From Carpediemonas membranifera BICM (Eukaryota; Protista; Fornicata): a DNA stretch of 64,000 nucleotides. The DNA lies in NCBI GenBank assembly GCA_019828565.1, contig JAHDYR010000005.1, positions 521,200 to 585,199 on the forward strand, written 5' to 3'. Numbering within the stretch: position 1 is the stretch's first letter; each line of letters begins with the position of its first letter. The translations under genes were made by a program, and so were the position numbers. Under the pieces are notes generated by a model. That model worked only from the letters and a program-made list of their open reading frames with translations. It did not search any database and was not told the DNA's origin. Positions 21,601 to 31,554 of the stretch are shown one piece after another.

Positions 21601-24600
21601 GTCCTCTCCGCCTCGAGCAGCGGGTTGAGGCGATCGAGGACGGCGGTGGGGCACAGGTTGACCCCGTCCAGAATGACGCACTCGCCCCGCTGCATCGCGG
21701 TCAGCAGGGGGCCGTCGACCCACTCAAACGGGCCGTGCCGGTCGGCGGGCGGGGGCGCGGACATGCGGGCCAGGCGGACGGCGTCGGGGTGGGCCGTCTC
21801 TACAAGGAGGGCGCCGATAGAGGCATAAACGGCATCGAGCTCGTCGTAGACGTCCAGCTCACGGTGGACGTCCACAGCCAGGGCCGCCAGCCTGTCCTTG
21901 AGCTCAGCAGCGTCAGCCCCCAGAACCCTGAGGACGAACTGCATGGCGTCGATCCGGCGGAGGGCGCGTTGTCTCTCGTCGATCTGCTGGAACCCACCGA
22001 TCAGGTCGGACACGTCGGTGGCCCCCGTGAGGGTGATGACGCGCGTGGGGAGACCCATGTGGTCGGCAAGCATCGTGCTCAGCGTGCTCTTCCCGGTGGC
22101 GCTCGGCCCGATGACGAGCACAGGCCAGCTCTGGTCCAGAGCCCGGGCGGCGGACGCCATGGCCTCCAGGTTGAGCGGCAGGGTCTCGGGGCGGGTGGGG
22201 GCGGGGGTCTGAACCGGTAGGACCGTGCCAAGGATGTGCAGGCCCGTGTTGGTCCGGAACGGTGGCAGGGGTGGGGCCGGCCACACGAAGGGGGCGCCCA
22301 CGGTGGTCTCAAACAGCTTGCGGGCGGCCACGCGGTCAGACGGGGTCCGGAACCGGGAGATGTAGAGGGCGCCGAAGGCCTCGAGGGGGTTATCCGGGGC
22401 GAGGTCGATGAGCTTGGTCACGTCCCTCAGGTTGAACTCCCAGGGCGCCCCAGACCGCCCGATGCGGTCGAGTCCGGCGGCCGTGGTGGCCTGGGCAATC
22501 TTGGCGTTGACCTCGAGGCACTTGTCGAGGACGGCATGGTCGAGGCCAGGGAAGAGGCGGTAGACGATGGCGCGGAGGTCCTCGGTGGTGAGCTCGGCCA
22601 TCCAGACCTGGATGAACCGGTTGAGGAAGGACTTGGGCAGCCTCTTCCTCCCGCCGCCCTGGGACGCCGGGTTCTGGGCGGCGAACACCCTGAACCCGGG
22701 GGCCGCCTTGACGGTGCCGCTGACGGTGTGGACCTCGCGGCGGTGATCAAGCACAGAGTTGAGACCCTCGAGCACGGTCTGGCTGGCGAGGTTGATCTCG
22801 TCGATGAGGATCCACTTCCCGTGGCGCATGGCGTCCAGCAGGGGGCCGTCGACGTACATGAACGACCCGTCTTCCTGGGGAATAAAACAGCCGACCAGGT
22901 CGATGAGGTCCGTCTGCTCAGACAGGTTCACACGGATGAGCTCGTGCCCCGTGACTTGGGCGATTGCCGTGATCAGCGAAGTCTTGCCGACGCCGGGGGA
23001 GCCCTCGAGCAGCATGGGCAGATCCGTCTGCATCGCACGGAGGAGGCGGAAGGTGTTGGTCTTAGGAGTGGCGGCGTCGAACGAGTAGGGTACCTCAGGC
23101 TGGGGGGCGTCCGCGGGGATAAGCGAGTCGACGAAGAACGGGGCGATGCCGACTCTCTGCTCACTGGGGACGACGGTGAAGTCGGACTGGGGTTCGCAGC
23201 CCTCGGACACGACCACGGGGAGCTCGGGATGGCCATCGAGGACGAGCGCCTGCATGGCGTGGTCCAGGGCGGTGGGCGCGGCCATCGTGTTGGCGAACTG
23301 GCCATGTAGACAGGCGAACATCTCGGTCACTCCTGCGACGTCTCGAACGGAGAGGGTCAGCCCGAGCTCCAGCACGGTGGCCAGATCGGCCTCGAGCTTG
23401 TCCCGGATCTGGGCGATCGACGGGCACCGGTGGACGGCGACCTTGGCGAGGTCCGCGGGACTCGAAGGCGCGTCGACCCAGATCTCGGTGAATCTCGACC
23501 TCAGGGCGGGCGACAGCTCTCTCTTGCCGAAGTCGCCGCTGGGGTTCATAGTGGCGAAGACGCGGAACTGGTCTGCGGCGGTGATGACCTGCTTGGCGGG
23601 GTCGGTGCACTCTGGGATGGACAGCATCCGCTCGGGCTCCAGGACGGAGTTGAGCCGCTCGAGCACGGAGTCGGGGCATAGTGAGATCTCGTCGATGAGG
23701 AAGTAATCCCCGGACACCATGGCCGCGACGAGGGGCCCGTCGACCCAGGCGAAGGTCCGGTTGGGGCCGGCCCTGATGTCCCCGAGGAAGTCGGACGCCT
23801 CGGTGTGCTGGTGCACGTTAAGGACGACACACTCACCGGGCCGGCCGTCATGTGTGTTACACCGGGCAAAGGCCTCGACCGCGGAGGTCTTACCGCAGCC
23901 GGTGGGCCCGACGAGGAGGGCAGGCTCCCGGTACCGCCTGCAGAGCTCGAGACGGCCCGCGAGGAGCCTGATGGGGCCCTCCCACTGGATGTGCGGGGCC
24001 TGCCGGGCGAGCATGGCCACCGCACCCTCTGCGACGGACTCGAGGTAGTTGTCAACGGCCCGGAGGAAGTGGGGCCGGGTCCGGGCGACCAGGGCAGTGT
24101 CGATCTTGCCCTTCTTGCCCTCCTTGGGGATGGCCGAGTCGCCTGTGCCGCGGAGCAGCTCGATGCACAGCGTCCGGCCGCCGACCTGCACGAGGGCGCT
24201 GGCCAGGGCCTGCCGCTCGGCCGCCGTCCGCAGCTTGCCGGACAGCAGGACGAACCCGCGGACGAGCACCTCCCTGGTGGCCGTGTCGTAGCCGCCGGTC
24301 TCGGGGTCGCGGAGCCTGTCCCGCCACCGGAAGAGGTCGCGGAGAGTCATGACCGCCTCCGCACCCCGGAAGGCGTCGTTCTCCCGACGGACCCGCTGGA
24401 GAGTCTTGAGCGTCTTGATCATGAGCTGGTTGACGGATTCGATGACTACAGCCTGCTGGTCCAACCCGGGGAAGCGCAGGATCTCGCTCAGGTCGGCCTC
24501 GCTGTATTCCGCACAGTGTATCTCGACGAACCGGTTCCTGAATGCCCGCGATAGCCTGCTACGGCCGCCGTACGTGCCCGAGGGGTTCTGTGTGGCAAAG

Positions 24601-27311
24601 ATCCGGAACCCGGGGGCGGGCTTGACGGACTTGCCGAGCTCCGGGATGAAGAGCTCCTTGTTGTCATCAAGCAGACGGTTGAGGGCCTCGAGGACGTCGG
24701 AAGGGGCGAGGTTGAGCTCGTCCAGGATGAGCCAGGAGCCCCGCTCGAGGGCTGTGACGAGCATGCCTGGTCTGAACTCGAAGGCGCCGCCCTCCGTGGG
24801 TACGTATCGGCCGAGGTATTCCTGGACGTCGGTGTGGGCGTGGTTGTTGATGCGGAGGTACTGGTGGCCCGTCATGCGGGCAATGTGGCACACGACGGAG
24901 GTCTTGCCGGCCGACGTCGGGCCCTGGAGCAGGATCGGCTCGTCCCCCATGAGGGCGCGGCACACGAAGCGCATGTTGCGGGCCACGGTCGCGGTTACGA
25001 TGAACGTGTCGTCGGGGGTCAGCGTGGCGCCCTCGGTGACCAGCTTGGCCATGAGGGCGTCGGGCTCAGGCATGGTGTCGCCCGTGAACGGGTCCGCGGT
25101 CACCCCCTTGCCGGGAGTCCTGCCCAGCATCTGGTCGAGCACTTGTTTCCGGCCCTGGTCGACGGTGTTGGCCTTGACCGCCTCGAGGAATCCGACCCAG
25201 AGGTGGCTGACAATCTCATGGCGGACGGCGGTGCACGATGCGGTGTCGAGCATGGATGCGAATAGCAGGTCGACGCCGTCCATGAGGGCGAGGGCGAGGC
25301 GGGCGGGCAGCAGCAGGTCGTAGCTCCGACCGACGTCTGCCCCGCTGAGGCCGCAGTTCGACGTATAGAGCCCCCCGTGGTATGCCTTGCAGCCGTACTC
25401 GATGGCGCGACGCAGGGACCGCAGGGTGAACGTCGGGGTCTCCGTCCCCGAGATGACGCTCATGCCCGCGATCCGGTCCCGGTCAGAAAGCTTCAGGTAC
25501 AGCTTGCCCAAACGGTCCTCCAGGAACGAGAGGGGGGCGGCCCAGGCGGTGTCGGTCCTGTTGACGGTGAGGTAGTGCCTCGCGATCATGACCACGTCGC
25601 CCTCGGCCCTGGTCTCAGCGATGTAGAGCTCGACGAACCGGGCGCGGAGGGCGGGCGGGAGGTCCTTCTTGCCGGCGTCGGTGGCGGGGTTCATCGCCGC
25701 GAACAGCCTGAAGTCGGGGTGCCTGGTGACCGCGGTGTGCTCGCCCTTCTCCGTCAGCAGCACAGAGCCGCCGTCGACTAGCGAGGCAAGCTTCTCGAGT
25801 GTGTCGGCTGTGGCAAGATTGACCTCATCCAAGAGCACCCATGAGCCCTCCTCGAGCGCCTTGACGACTTCCCCCAGTCTGAACTCGAACGCCATGGCAT
25901 TGCTGTCGTGCGCCTGGGCCTTCGCCCGGACCTCCGCTGCCCGGTCCCGCAGACCGACGAACTCGGGCTTCTTGTCGGCCAGCACGCGGGCGAGGTTGAA
26001 GAGCAGCTTGGCCGCCTTGGCGAACTCCCCATCCTGTCGGGCCGCCTTGGCCTTGGCCAGGATGCCGTTGACCTTGGCGCGGGGGTCCGCCTGGTCGTCG
26101 GGCTCGGAGTTGTCCCGCTTCCGCTCAGGTCCGTCCGCCTTGGGGATGAGGTCGACGCCGTTGTACGCCTGAGCGACGGCCTCGGACAGCGCCGTGATCT
26201 CCATGGAGACGTTGACGGGCTCGAACCCGCCCAGAAGGTCCGAGGACGCCGTCTGCTGCGAGAGGTTGAGTACCGCAAGCTGCTTGCCCATGCACTGGGC
26301 GAGGTACTGGACAGCGGCCGTCTTGCCGAGCCCGGTCTCGCCCACGAGCAGGGCGGGCTCGTTGTTCGCCACACAGCCCATGACCTCGTACACGGTCTGC
26401 TCCAGGTGCTTAGTGAGGACCAGGCTGCCGTTGGTGATGGCCCCGAAGTCCGGGGTGCCGTAGTATGGCACCGGGTCGGGCGTCGTCGACAGGCTCAGGT
26501 CGGGCAGCACGCGGTCCCGGATCCTCTGCCGGACAGCCTCGCCGGGGATGAATGAGATCAGGACGTTGTTGAGCTCACGCCACACGAGGCGGGCTACCCT
26601 GTTGGAGCTGGGGCTGCCGTCGAACTGCACGCAGTCCTCGCCGTGACCAGGGAGGGTGGCAGGATCTCCAGCGTCCCTGGCGACACGCTCGATAGCTCTG
26701 AACAGGTCATGGAGGGAGGGGCCGCGCGTGCCCCGCTCCGCAGTAGGGTGTGCGGGGTCCCGGGCAACCTCGTCGACCTTCGTGAACATCCGCGCCATGA
26801 AGCCCTTAATGCCGGAGGTCAGGACACCGTCCATCGCTGGGAACCGGCCCGAGGATGGGTCTATGCTTGGGAGGATGACCCGGGCCCAGCCTGACGCCAG
26901 GGGACTGTCGGACGGGCCCGTGGCGAACAGCCGGAAGTCCGCGTGGGCCTGGATGCGCATGCCGCCACCGAAGTGGAGCTCTCGGTCTGATATGAGGGGC
27001 TTGAAGATGGCCAGAGCCTCGTCTGGGACGAGCTCGAGATGACGGAGGACTACCCAATGGCCTTCCACTACTGCATTGTGAAGGGCACCGAAACGAGCCT
27101 TAAACTCTCCTGGCTTGTCTCCCACAACTGTAGTACTGATAAGATCCGCGGATTCAAGAGAATCACTGATGTTGAGCGCAATGAGCTCCTTTTCAGGGGC
27201 ATTGGAGGCTTTCAAGAGCCTGATGGCTCGGTACTTGCCTGATGCAGGCGGTCCGCCTACATAGATTGCCGAGGAATCCTCTCCTACGAGCAATTCAAGC
27301 AGATCAGCCAT
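15648..27311 (-). CDS. MDN1: Midasin (Rea1/MDN1) AAA+ ATPase
   Basis: 3887 aa with six Walker-A-like motifs (GPPASGK, GETGLGKT, GPTSAGKT, GPTGCGKT, GSPGVGKT, GPSATGKS), a D/E-rich region and a C-terminal MIDAS/vWA domain (VDTSRSM, IWLRRTKPAKRDY). Confidence 0.97.
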   Translation of the reverse strand: MADLLELLVGEDSSAIYVGGPPASGKYRAIRLLKASNAPEKELIALNISDSLESADLISTTVVGDKPGEFKARFGALHNAVVEGHWVVLRHLELVPDEALAIFKPLISDRELHFGGGMRIQAHADFRLFATGPSDSPLASGWARVILPSIDPSSGRFPAMDGVLTSGIKGFMARMFTKVDEVARDPAHPTAERGTRGPSLHDLFRAIERVARDAGDPATLPGHGEDCVQFDGSPSSNRVARLVWRELNNVLISFIPGEAVRQRIRDRVLPDLSLSTTPDPVPYYGTPDFGAITNGSLVLTKHLEQTVYEVMGCVANNEPALLVGETGLGKTAAVQYLAQCMGKQLAVLNLSQQTASSDLLGGFEPVNVSMEITALSEAVAQAYNGVDLIPKADGPERKRDNSEPDDQADPRAKVNGILAKAKAARQDGEFAKAAKLLFNLARVLADKKPEFVGLRDRAAEVRAKAQAHDSNAMAFEFRLGEVVKALEEGSWVLLDEVNLATADTLEKLASLVDGGSVLLTEKGEHTAVTRHPDFRLFAAMNPATDAGKKDLPPALRARFVELYIAETRAEGDVVMIARHYLTVNRTDTAWAAPLSFLEDRLGKLYLKLSDRDRIAGMSVISGTETPTFTLRSLRRAIEYGCKAYHGGLYTSNCGLSGADVGRSYDLLLPARLALALMDGVDLLFASMLDTASCTAVRHEIVSHLWVGFLEAVKANTVDQGRKQVLDQMLGRTPGKGVTADPFTGDTMPEPDALMAKLVTEGATLTPDDTFIVTATVARNMRFVCRALMGDEPILLQGPTSAGKTSVVCHIARMTGHQYLRINNHAHTDVQEYLGRYVPTEGGAFEFRPGMLVTALERGSWLILDELNLAPSDVLEALNRLLDDNKELFIPELGKSVKPAPGFRIFATQNPSGTYGGRSRLSRAFRNRFVEIHCAEYSEADLSEILRFPGLDQQAVVIESVNQLMIKTLKTLQRVRRENDAFRGAEAVMTLRDLFRWRDRLRDPETGGYDTATREVLVRGFVLLSGKLRTAAERQALASALVQVGGRTLCIELLRGTGDSAIPKEGKKGKIDTALVARTRPHFLRAVDNYLESVAEGAVAMLARQAPHIQWEGPIRLLAGRLELCRRYREPALLVGPTGCGKTSAVEAFARCNTHDGRPGECVVLNVHQHTEASDFLGDIRAGPNRTFAWVDGPLVAAMVSGDYFLIDEISLCPDSVLERLNSVLEPERMLSIPECTDPAKQVITAADQFRVFATMNPSGDFGKRELSPALRSRFTEIWVDAPSSPADLAKVAVHRCPSIAQIRDKLEADLATVLELGLTLSVRDVAGVTEMFACLHGQFANTMAAPTALDHAMQALVLDGHPELPVVVSEGCEPQSDFTVVPSEQRVGIAPFFVDSLIPADAPQPEVPYSFDAATPKTNTFRLLRAMQTDLPMLLEGSPGVGKTSLITAIAQVTGHELIRVNLSEQTDLIDLVGCFIPQEDGSFMYVDGPLLDAMRHGKWILIDEINLASQTVLEGLNSVLDHRREVHTVSGTVKAAPGFRVFAAQNPASQGGGRKRLPKSFLNRFIQVWMAELTTEDLRAIVYRLFPGLDHAVLDKCLEVNAKIAQATTAAGLDRIGRSGAPWEFNLRDVTKLIDLAPDNPLEAFGALYISRFRTPSDRVAARKLFETTVGAPFVWPAPPLPPFRTNTGLHILGTVLPVQTPAPTRPETLPLNLEAMASAARALDQSWPVLVIGPSATGKSTLSTMLADHMGLPTRVITLTGATDVSDLIGGFQQIDERQRALRRIDAMQFVLRVLGADAAELKDRLAALAVDVHRELDVYDELDAVYASIGALLVETAHPDAVRLARMSAPPPADRHGPFEWVDGPLLTAMQRGECVILDGVNLCPTAVLDRLNPLLEAERTMPLVEKGGYEVVKADERFKIILLMDPIYGEISRAIRNRSMEIYLSPADRSRMLTIAADFGLGPGALDALSAVSPYSAQADVIRYLRALQFLRRVGPDRQAVATALRTVTDIAPDPAVLDVVLGTGNSTPFHLRPHGKDGWTWVAAESYKALCQRFMEDGDATVTSPDGVLAHSMTLIARPDVSVFGSTPLDARRREIASTSEAIAEGMHPLLAKLWAVVAASTRLTDVSQAFGVLTALTALYPSIPDSIAGTHFTLPDEIKGALDGYQRIGGLAIIAHPQPVLFSDALRIPGGPQERRVALRGLVTGRLTPAVREALEDPSVVGSARALAFGLLQLASIDGAGDRLADPKAVVSDVARLWGRVLMPLASSVRTAPLMGHTARRDLAAKLVGTADIAAFSLDKLHDAIATHAAKLGVTPGDLLSTTRPRAVGGTEDVIADPLLLLGAQATVFGDMAAAVSAMARVWVDQGAALMGCEAAFTEPAASLLTVAGEVPEPSLVPAREAGVVSLRLLHNALSVVAGTGAIDVFFLQTWLNALHGLQDYAVAVAPALCQILASSAPTTPTPTPVGRLLSCPTAADLDAGLLAALEPIKAAELRYPRPSRFNFTDAFPDLSAEEMRRRVRVDPSVVPLLSAVIAAVIAKGESPFPVMRVLARLSGFVHTWGLVFEAKDRKSYEQKGDNGVIGKDATDEEELRIFGDDSDDEDNHDEDSEDKPRSGPRWYSLRAMQGHIAAMSEAIFRVLEGDTVIPANLPGLASLDNVATPAEDEAVFIAAARLAEPTSSNAPEESAAAPFAFPPQPPRPQLAGPEVAQVVEVLCALRARAVAIQEQYDADFGSDGSKYQIQAVVDLIDKVVGLPADTLLQAMVDHLHSLYTECIEHDRLAALNGKAAVERAGMASHTGPLLTLATALSVRLRACQRGLRTLSDADAWSSVLREYPTLIEATVNNTVLSDGGVLVAASRFARSGVASQWPARLASIRALGMQLATEPDHCRLAGVFEGLYRAHMVFEEPFRRHYAELKGPGTRLLEDALELSKYDLTRDRGEVKAQAIKQSQAKTRRDIASAVASIRGSTSEPIDMFLGDVDGRTMTFDREGLAAIVGDLSPVAVDLADRWEAVRTHKEDVSVRARLVKALRGAVRATGLPRVPFNTREPEDVGKIYTGLAELLACDAPAHRALLQRLQYTLLLVFSPWDDVFMAGRISEGTDTPMLHVLQAVNGLLVSLPALMARVAPPPSPTPDPARLARLRLEQVAAVRTDVARDAIDRGTVDALPALIAGPITRLLAETEPQHRQPSDAEAPVPADTLGPTLSLALTMAAMLVSMVHEDVLEHIPEEELEDDGEEEEEEAGEGAGLADGKGTGKDISDEIEHEDELDQVQDDKEQDDGDVSDGGVEMERDIDGKEQDVEVDENEEDENDDEEEQEDIDERMDDDMSGGEQEEQREWAEDDLDDGDASGSDRELDGEADLIGESEEEEDIDFDQAEHADDEPEPDEAADESDDGLDDDAPEVDTEDDDENGRERLELDDVSDLDDDDEDMEQAEQEVAPPEPEPESDVDEEMEADEVAGEGDADHNASDDDQDEAYGQDTQHADTGKGSDEEDGGQGDDGEVEREVQQVNLLDAEPDDQEDQDVEMDGDAAQSDTGEEAVAEARRGQHEINREHDRADQEQPDPEAEAPTIAQAERTQAFNIKVGAVQLTRADGAALQHVPTEVSIHDGVDAAGYAAIRNRVQPGIHRLTEQLSTVLEPTERSQLVGNFRTGKRLSMRRLVQFVASQYVQNNIWLRRTKPAKRDYSVVIAVDTSRSMQASADLAKEALVLLTSALNALETGPVCVVGFGEGAEVYHPLEQLLPDAHLPGILDRVKFEDKTTDFAGMLDAASSIFDSAGPRQVLLIISDGSILQDEAAVASKVRGLISKGVLPLLIALNKGDLVDRIRITFANGAIQRTPVLDMYPFPYYILLGDSSRLPDVTADALRQCFDALASTI

Positions 27312-27472
27312 TGCGTGCAGTTTAAAGTCAAATCATTTGATTTGGTCAAGCGAGAGGCCGCATGCCGAACAGGGATGGTCTAATAGGGTCTACCAGACTG
27401 CTAGGGCCGCTGTTTGTCGATCTTAGATTCCGCACTTTTCGTATCATTCGTGTCGCTTTCTAATACTCAGAG

Positions 27473-29434
27473 ATGAGCGATATAGAGCAGTTGGACGTCA
27501 AACCGCCACGTGCCACACTGTTTTCCCGCGCATACTCCTATGATATATCCATTGTTATGCTCCTCTTTAGCCTTTCTAGTCTAATTGGCCTCATTCAGAA
27601 CATTCTGTGGGTCCTCATCGATCTATCGCCATCTATCATCTTCTCTGGCGCAGGAATTAGCCGCTTCATGTACGCTTTCATCTCCGGCATCAACTGCCTT
27701 CTTTCTTCCGCGTATTGCATGGGCGGCCCCCTACGATACAAGCACCGCGTCGCCATTGGCGTCCTCGCAACGCAGTCCGTGCTTAATGTACTTGCGTTCA
27801 TCGCCAACATGATCACGCTCGGCATCGGGCTGACGGACTACCTGTCCAAAGGCAACATCCCGTCCACGGCCACCGCATTCGCCGAGATCATCATGTGGAC
27901 GGTGTACGACGGCTTCTTCACCGTCCTCCCGGTCGTCCTCATCATCACCCGCCATGCCCGCCGCCTCCAGCCGTGCGTGTGGGGGCTCCCCTTCAACTAC
28001 CGCCTGTACCTCGCCATCCCGGCCCTGGCCGTCCTGGGGGCCCTCGAGCTGGCACAGCTGCAGATGGACCCGATCTACCTCAACTCGTCGAGCTCTATAG
28101 AGATCATTATGGCTGTCATCGGCGTCTTTGTCGCCGTCGGGCTCTCCATTGCCGCCAACATCATTCCAGGGCCACGGGACGGTTCTCGTCTCTCCCTAGT
28201 AACAAGGGAGGCGTCCCTCCTCATCCTGGGCGCCGTGGCGACGTGCGTGTCGTTCCTGCTCCGACTGATCGACACGGCCGAGACGCACGCCGTGATCGAT
28301 TACACCATCCTCATCGTCCAGGCCGTGTCGGGCATCACGGTCGTCGGCGCAATGTACGCGGCCGCTGCCAGTGCCCTGCCCTCGATCATGCAGCCTGTGG
28401 TGATGTCTGCAGTCCCGGCGGGCGTCATGGTGCTCCAGCCGACGATGAACAACGCGTACTTCATCCTGCTGTCCCGGACGAGTGAAGACGGTGTCGCCCG
28501 CCCCGTCCAGGTCATGGCGGGCCTGGTCTACATCGCCCTCGTCCCCGTCGCCACCGCCGTCGCAGTCCTCACCCTCACCCCGGGCCAGAAGAGGCTCGCC
28601 AAGGACCGCGATGACGAGGCCTTCACACACACACAGCACCAGCAGTCTGTGAACGCCTTCCTGGCGTCCCTGGCTGTCGAGGCGGACGTCCAGACGGCCC
28701 AGCATCAGCAGGTCTCTGTCATGGTCGTTGTGTGCGTGGGGCTCATCCTCTCGTCGATGTCGTTCACGGCGTCCAAGAAGGCCGGCATGGACGTCTGCCG
28801 CGACCTCTGGGGCTCCCTCGGGCCCACCCAGACTGGCCCCAACTATGCCATCATCGAGTACTACCACTCGACAGACGCCATGACGCAGGTCGCCGGGAGG
28901 TTCCTGGGGACGTTCTCCGTGCTTTTCCTGTGGGGCGGGTCTGTTGCCAGCATGGCGGCCATCGGCATCGTACTCAGTTTCATCCCGACCATCGCAATCA
29001 TCATTGCCAAGGCCCTCGACAACGTTGCCGCCCAGACGTTCGCCCTCGTCGTCGGGCAGTCCTCGATCGACCTGTTCATGACGTCCATGATCATTGGGTG
29101 CACGTCCGTCATCCGGGACGTCAACCGGGAGACCCTGCTCACAGGCGTCCACATCCTCGCTGTCGAGCACATCGGGTACACGTGCGGAGGCTTCATTCAC
29201 GACTTCGTCATCTCTATCGGCGACGGCAGGGTCGACGGCAGCGTCCTCATCGGCTTCGGCTTTTTCCGCGTGATTGCAGCCAGTGCGCTGCTGGCCCACC
29301 CATTCTTCTGGGTCGGCAGGGCAGGCCGGAAGTCATATGCCCATCTTGCCAGAGAGCGGGCGAGCCAATGGGTCAAGGACTTGGGCCGAAGGATGGTGGC
29401 GCACAGGGGCTTCGAGGTGATGGACGACCTGTAG
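27473..29434 (+). CDS. Multi-pass membrane protein, possibly transporter-like
   Basis: 653-aa ORF with host-like codon usage and many hydrophobic segments; no family motif recognised. Confidence 0.75.
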   Translation: MSDIEQLDVKPPRATLFSRAYSYDISIVMLLFSLSSLIGLIQNILWVLIDLSPSIIFSGAGISRFMYAFISGINCLLSSAYCMGGPLRYKHRVAIGVLATQSVLNVLAFIANMITLGIGLTDYLSKGNIPSTATAFAEIIMWTVYDGFFTVLPVVLIITRHARRLQPCVWGLPFNYRLYLAIPALAVLGALELAQLQMDPIYLNSSSSIEIIMAVIGVFVAVGLSIAANIIPGPRDGSRLSLVTREASLLILGAVATCVSFLLRLIDTAETHAVIDYTILIVQAVSGITVVGAMYAAAASALPSIMQPVVMSAVPAGVMVLQPTMNNAYFILLSRTSEDGVARPVQVMAGLVYIALVPVATAVAVLTLTPGQKRLAKDRDDEAFTHTQHQQSVNAFLASLAVEADVQTAQHQQVSVMVVVCVGLILSSMSFTASKKAGMDVCRDLWGSLGPTQTGPNYAIIEYYHSTDAMTQVAGRFLGTFSVLFLWGGSVASMAAIGIVLSFIPTIAIIIAKALDNVAAQTFALVVGQSSIDLFMTSMIIGCTSVIRDVNRETLLTGVHILAVEHIGYTCGGFIHDFVISIGDGRVDGSVLIGFGFFRVIAASALLAHPFFWVGRAGRKSYAHLARERASQWVKDLGRRMVAHRGFEVMDDL

Positions 29435-29518
29435 ACATGGGCCGTACTTATTGTATGTTCATAAAGCTAGATTACGGATAGGCCGGTCTGGTTCTGTCAA
29501 CGGCATCGAGCGACGACG

Positions 29519-31269
29519 ATGAGAAGTCACCCGGCAGTACAGCAGCTGGACGACCATATTGATGGCGTTGAGAGTGGAATGGAGCATATAAGCGCCGCGA
29601 TACTCACAAATGAGGACATTGATGCCCGCATCGCCCGCCTGGACGCCATACGCGCCAGACTCGTTGCAAAGCGCTCTTCCGAGACCAAGGGCCACAGAGA
29701 CGTCCAACGTGAGACTATGATTGCGTTGTACTCACGCATTCCGAGCGAGTGTGATGAAATGCCTGGTGATATTCCATCGCTCTTACGCGACGCAATCTTA
29801 CACGAGTTCGGCGAGGAGCTGGCGTCACAGGCGACAAGCACCAGCCATAGCACCATCGAAGAGGCGGCTGACACGCTTTCTGCCCTCGAACTCCACCATC
29901 ACAGCGCGATGACCTTCGTCGGCCGGGTCATCACCATACTCGACGGCATGCCCGAGCTGAGCATGAACAGGCCCCTGGCACCCGGTGAGGACCTCCCGCC
30001 CCGCATCTTCACGCTTCTCCAGGGCTCGGTGTGGGCGTGTCTGATGGGAGCTGGGGCCAACCCTGACCTCGAGCACAGGGTGCTGAAGAAGGCTGGAGAA
30101 GAATGGCCAAATGAGAGCAAGATGCATGAAAAGATCCGTAACGCCCTGACACCCGAGGCCAAGTGTCTCTGGTTCCTCTGTAAGAAGTTCTTCTTCACAT
30201 GGAATGCCGCCGAGAAGGACGGCGAGAGCAAGCTGGTCACATCAATAGATGACACCGGCGGATGGTCCTACATCCACCGCCTGTACATGGGCCGACTCTT
30301 CATGTTCAAGACGGACCGGGACGCCACCTTCACCAGGGCCAGTGAATGCCCCCCATCGTCGAGGTCTACGACTGCAACTGGACCTACATCGCACAGACAG
30401 CAAAGGGCCTGTGGGGCTGGGGCGAGAACGAGTGGGGCCAGCTGGGGTTCGAGGCGACGGGCCCGTTCCTCGACCCGACCCGCCTCACATTTACCGCCTG
30501 TCCCAAGGTCACCGAGCTCGAGGCCAGCCTGCCCCCCTGGGAGAAGCACCGCCTTGTTTCCAGCATCACACTGCAGTACTACCGCACCGCCATCCTCACT
30601 GTCGGGGGCGCTGTCATGGCTGGTCTGGCCAGCGAGCGGTTTGTCGGCCTGACCGAGTCTAGTAACCTCTTCCAGCCGGTCGCTACCCCTGCTGGATTCT
30701 TCCCAGACCGCATTATGGAGAACAACAGCACCATAGTCCTCTCCATGGGCGATCGGCAAGTCATCAGTGGGAGCAACGATTATGGTCAGCTGGGACTCGG
30801 GCACACCCATCAAATGACTGGGTTCGAGGCGCTGCCCTTCAGGGTCGACCAGATCATGCCCTTTCATTATTCCACCGAGTTCAACGTCTTCCTCAGCGGC
30901 GGCCAACTTCTCTTCACTGGCCTCGTGACCGCCCCGACAGTGCTGTCTGGCCTGCTGCCCGGATTTTCCAAGGATGACGACTGCCTCACAGCCACGCCGT
31001 TGCGGTTCCCGGAGTCGGCGAGGGCTTTCTGTTGCTACGACAACAAGCTTATCTGGGTGAGCGAAGGCCGGACACACGTCAGCCACACCATGGCTGATGG
31101 TCCAGGCCGGACGTTCACAGTGCCATTTGAGGTTGTGGCCGTTGCCGACTCAGCGCCCATCCGTCTCCGCCACGCCTCTGGCCAGTGGTTCAGCGCTGAT
31201 ATGGCCGAGTGCGACGTGCCTGTAGCGTGGGCGACCATCACCCCAGTCAGTGTAGACGCGTGGGTTTAG
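29519..31269 (+). pseudogene. RCC1/BLIP-II-like repeat protein with an N-terminal coiled coil, split by a frameshift near 30340
   Basis: ORFs 29519-30652 and 30346-31269 overlap. The downstream frame has RCC1 motifs LWGWGENEWGQLG and SGSNDYGQLGLGH. Pseudogene or assembly indel. Confidence 0.65.
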
Positions 31270-31554
31270 TAAATGTAGTTCATGGTCGCCATGCTGTAAT
31301 GGCGGCTGACCTCTGGGATTGACATCCCGCCCCGCTCAGACGAGCGATGCTCTCCCTGTCCCGCTTCACAGTACTAGGCTGGGATGGGAAGGCCAGCAGG
31401 ATGCCCCGTCCGTGAAAATCGTCTCGACCCAACAAGGCTGAACCCCACAATGCAGGTCCTGGGCCTCATAATCTGTCACTCGTAGGCATTTTCTCAGTGG
31501 ATTGATGCGGCGGCAGATGGAATCATTTTCAAATCGAACCACACGCTAGGAACC

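Noticed and set aside
15839-27242. Numerous 100-350 aa ORFs antisense to or overlapping midasin (likewise for TOP2, the cullins and adaptin)
   Set aside because: These are shadow ORFs caused by high GC3 codon bias; no motifs.
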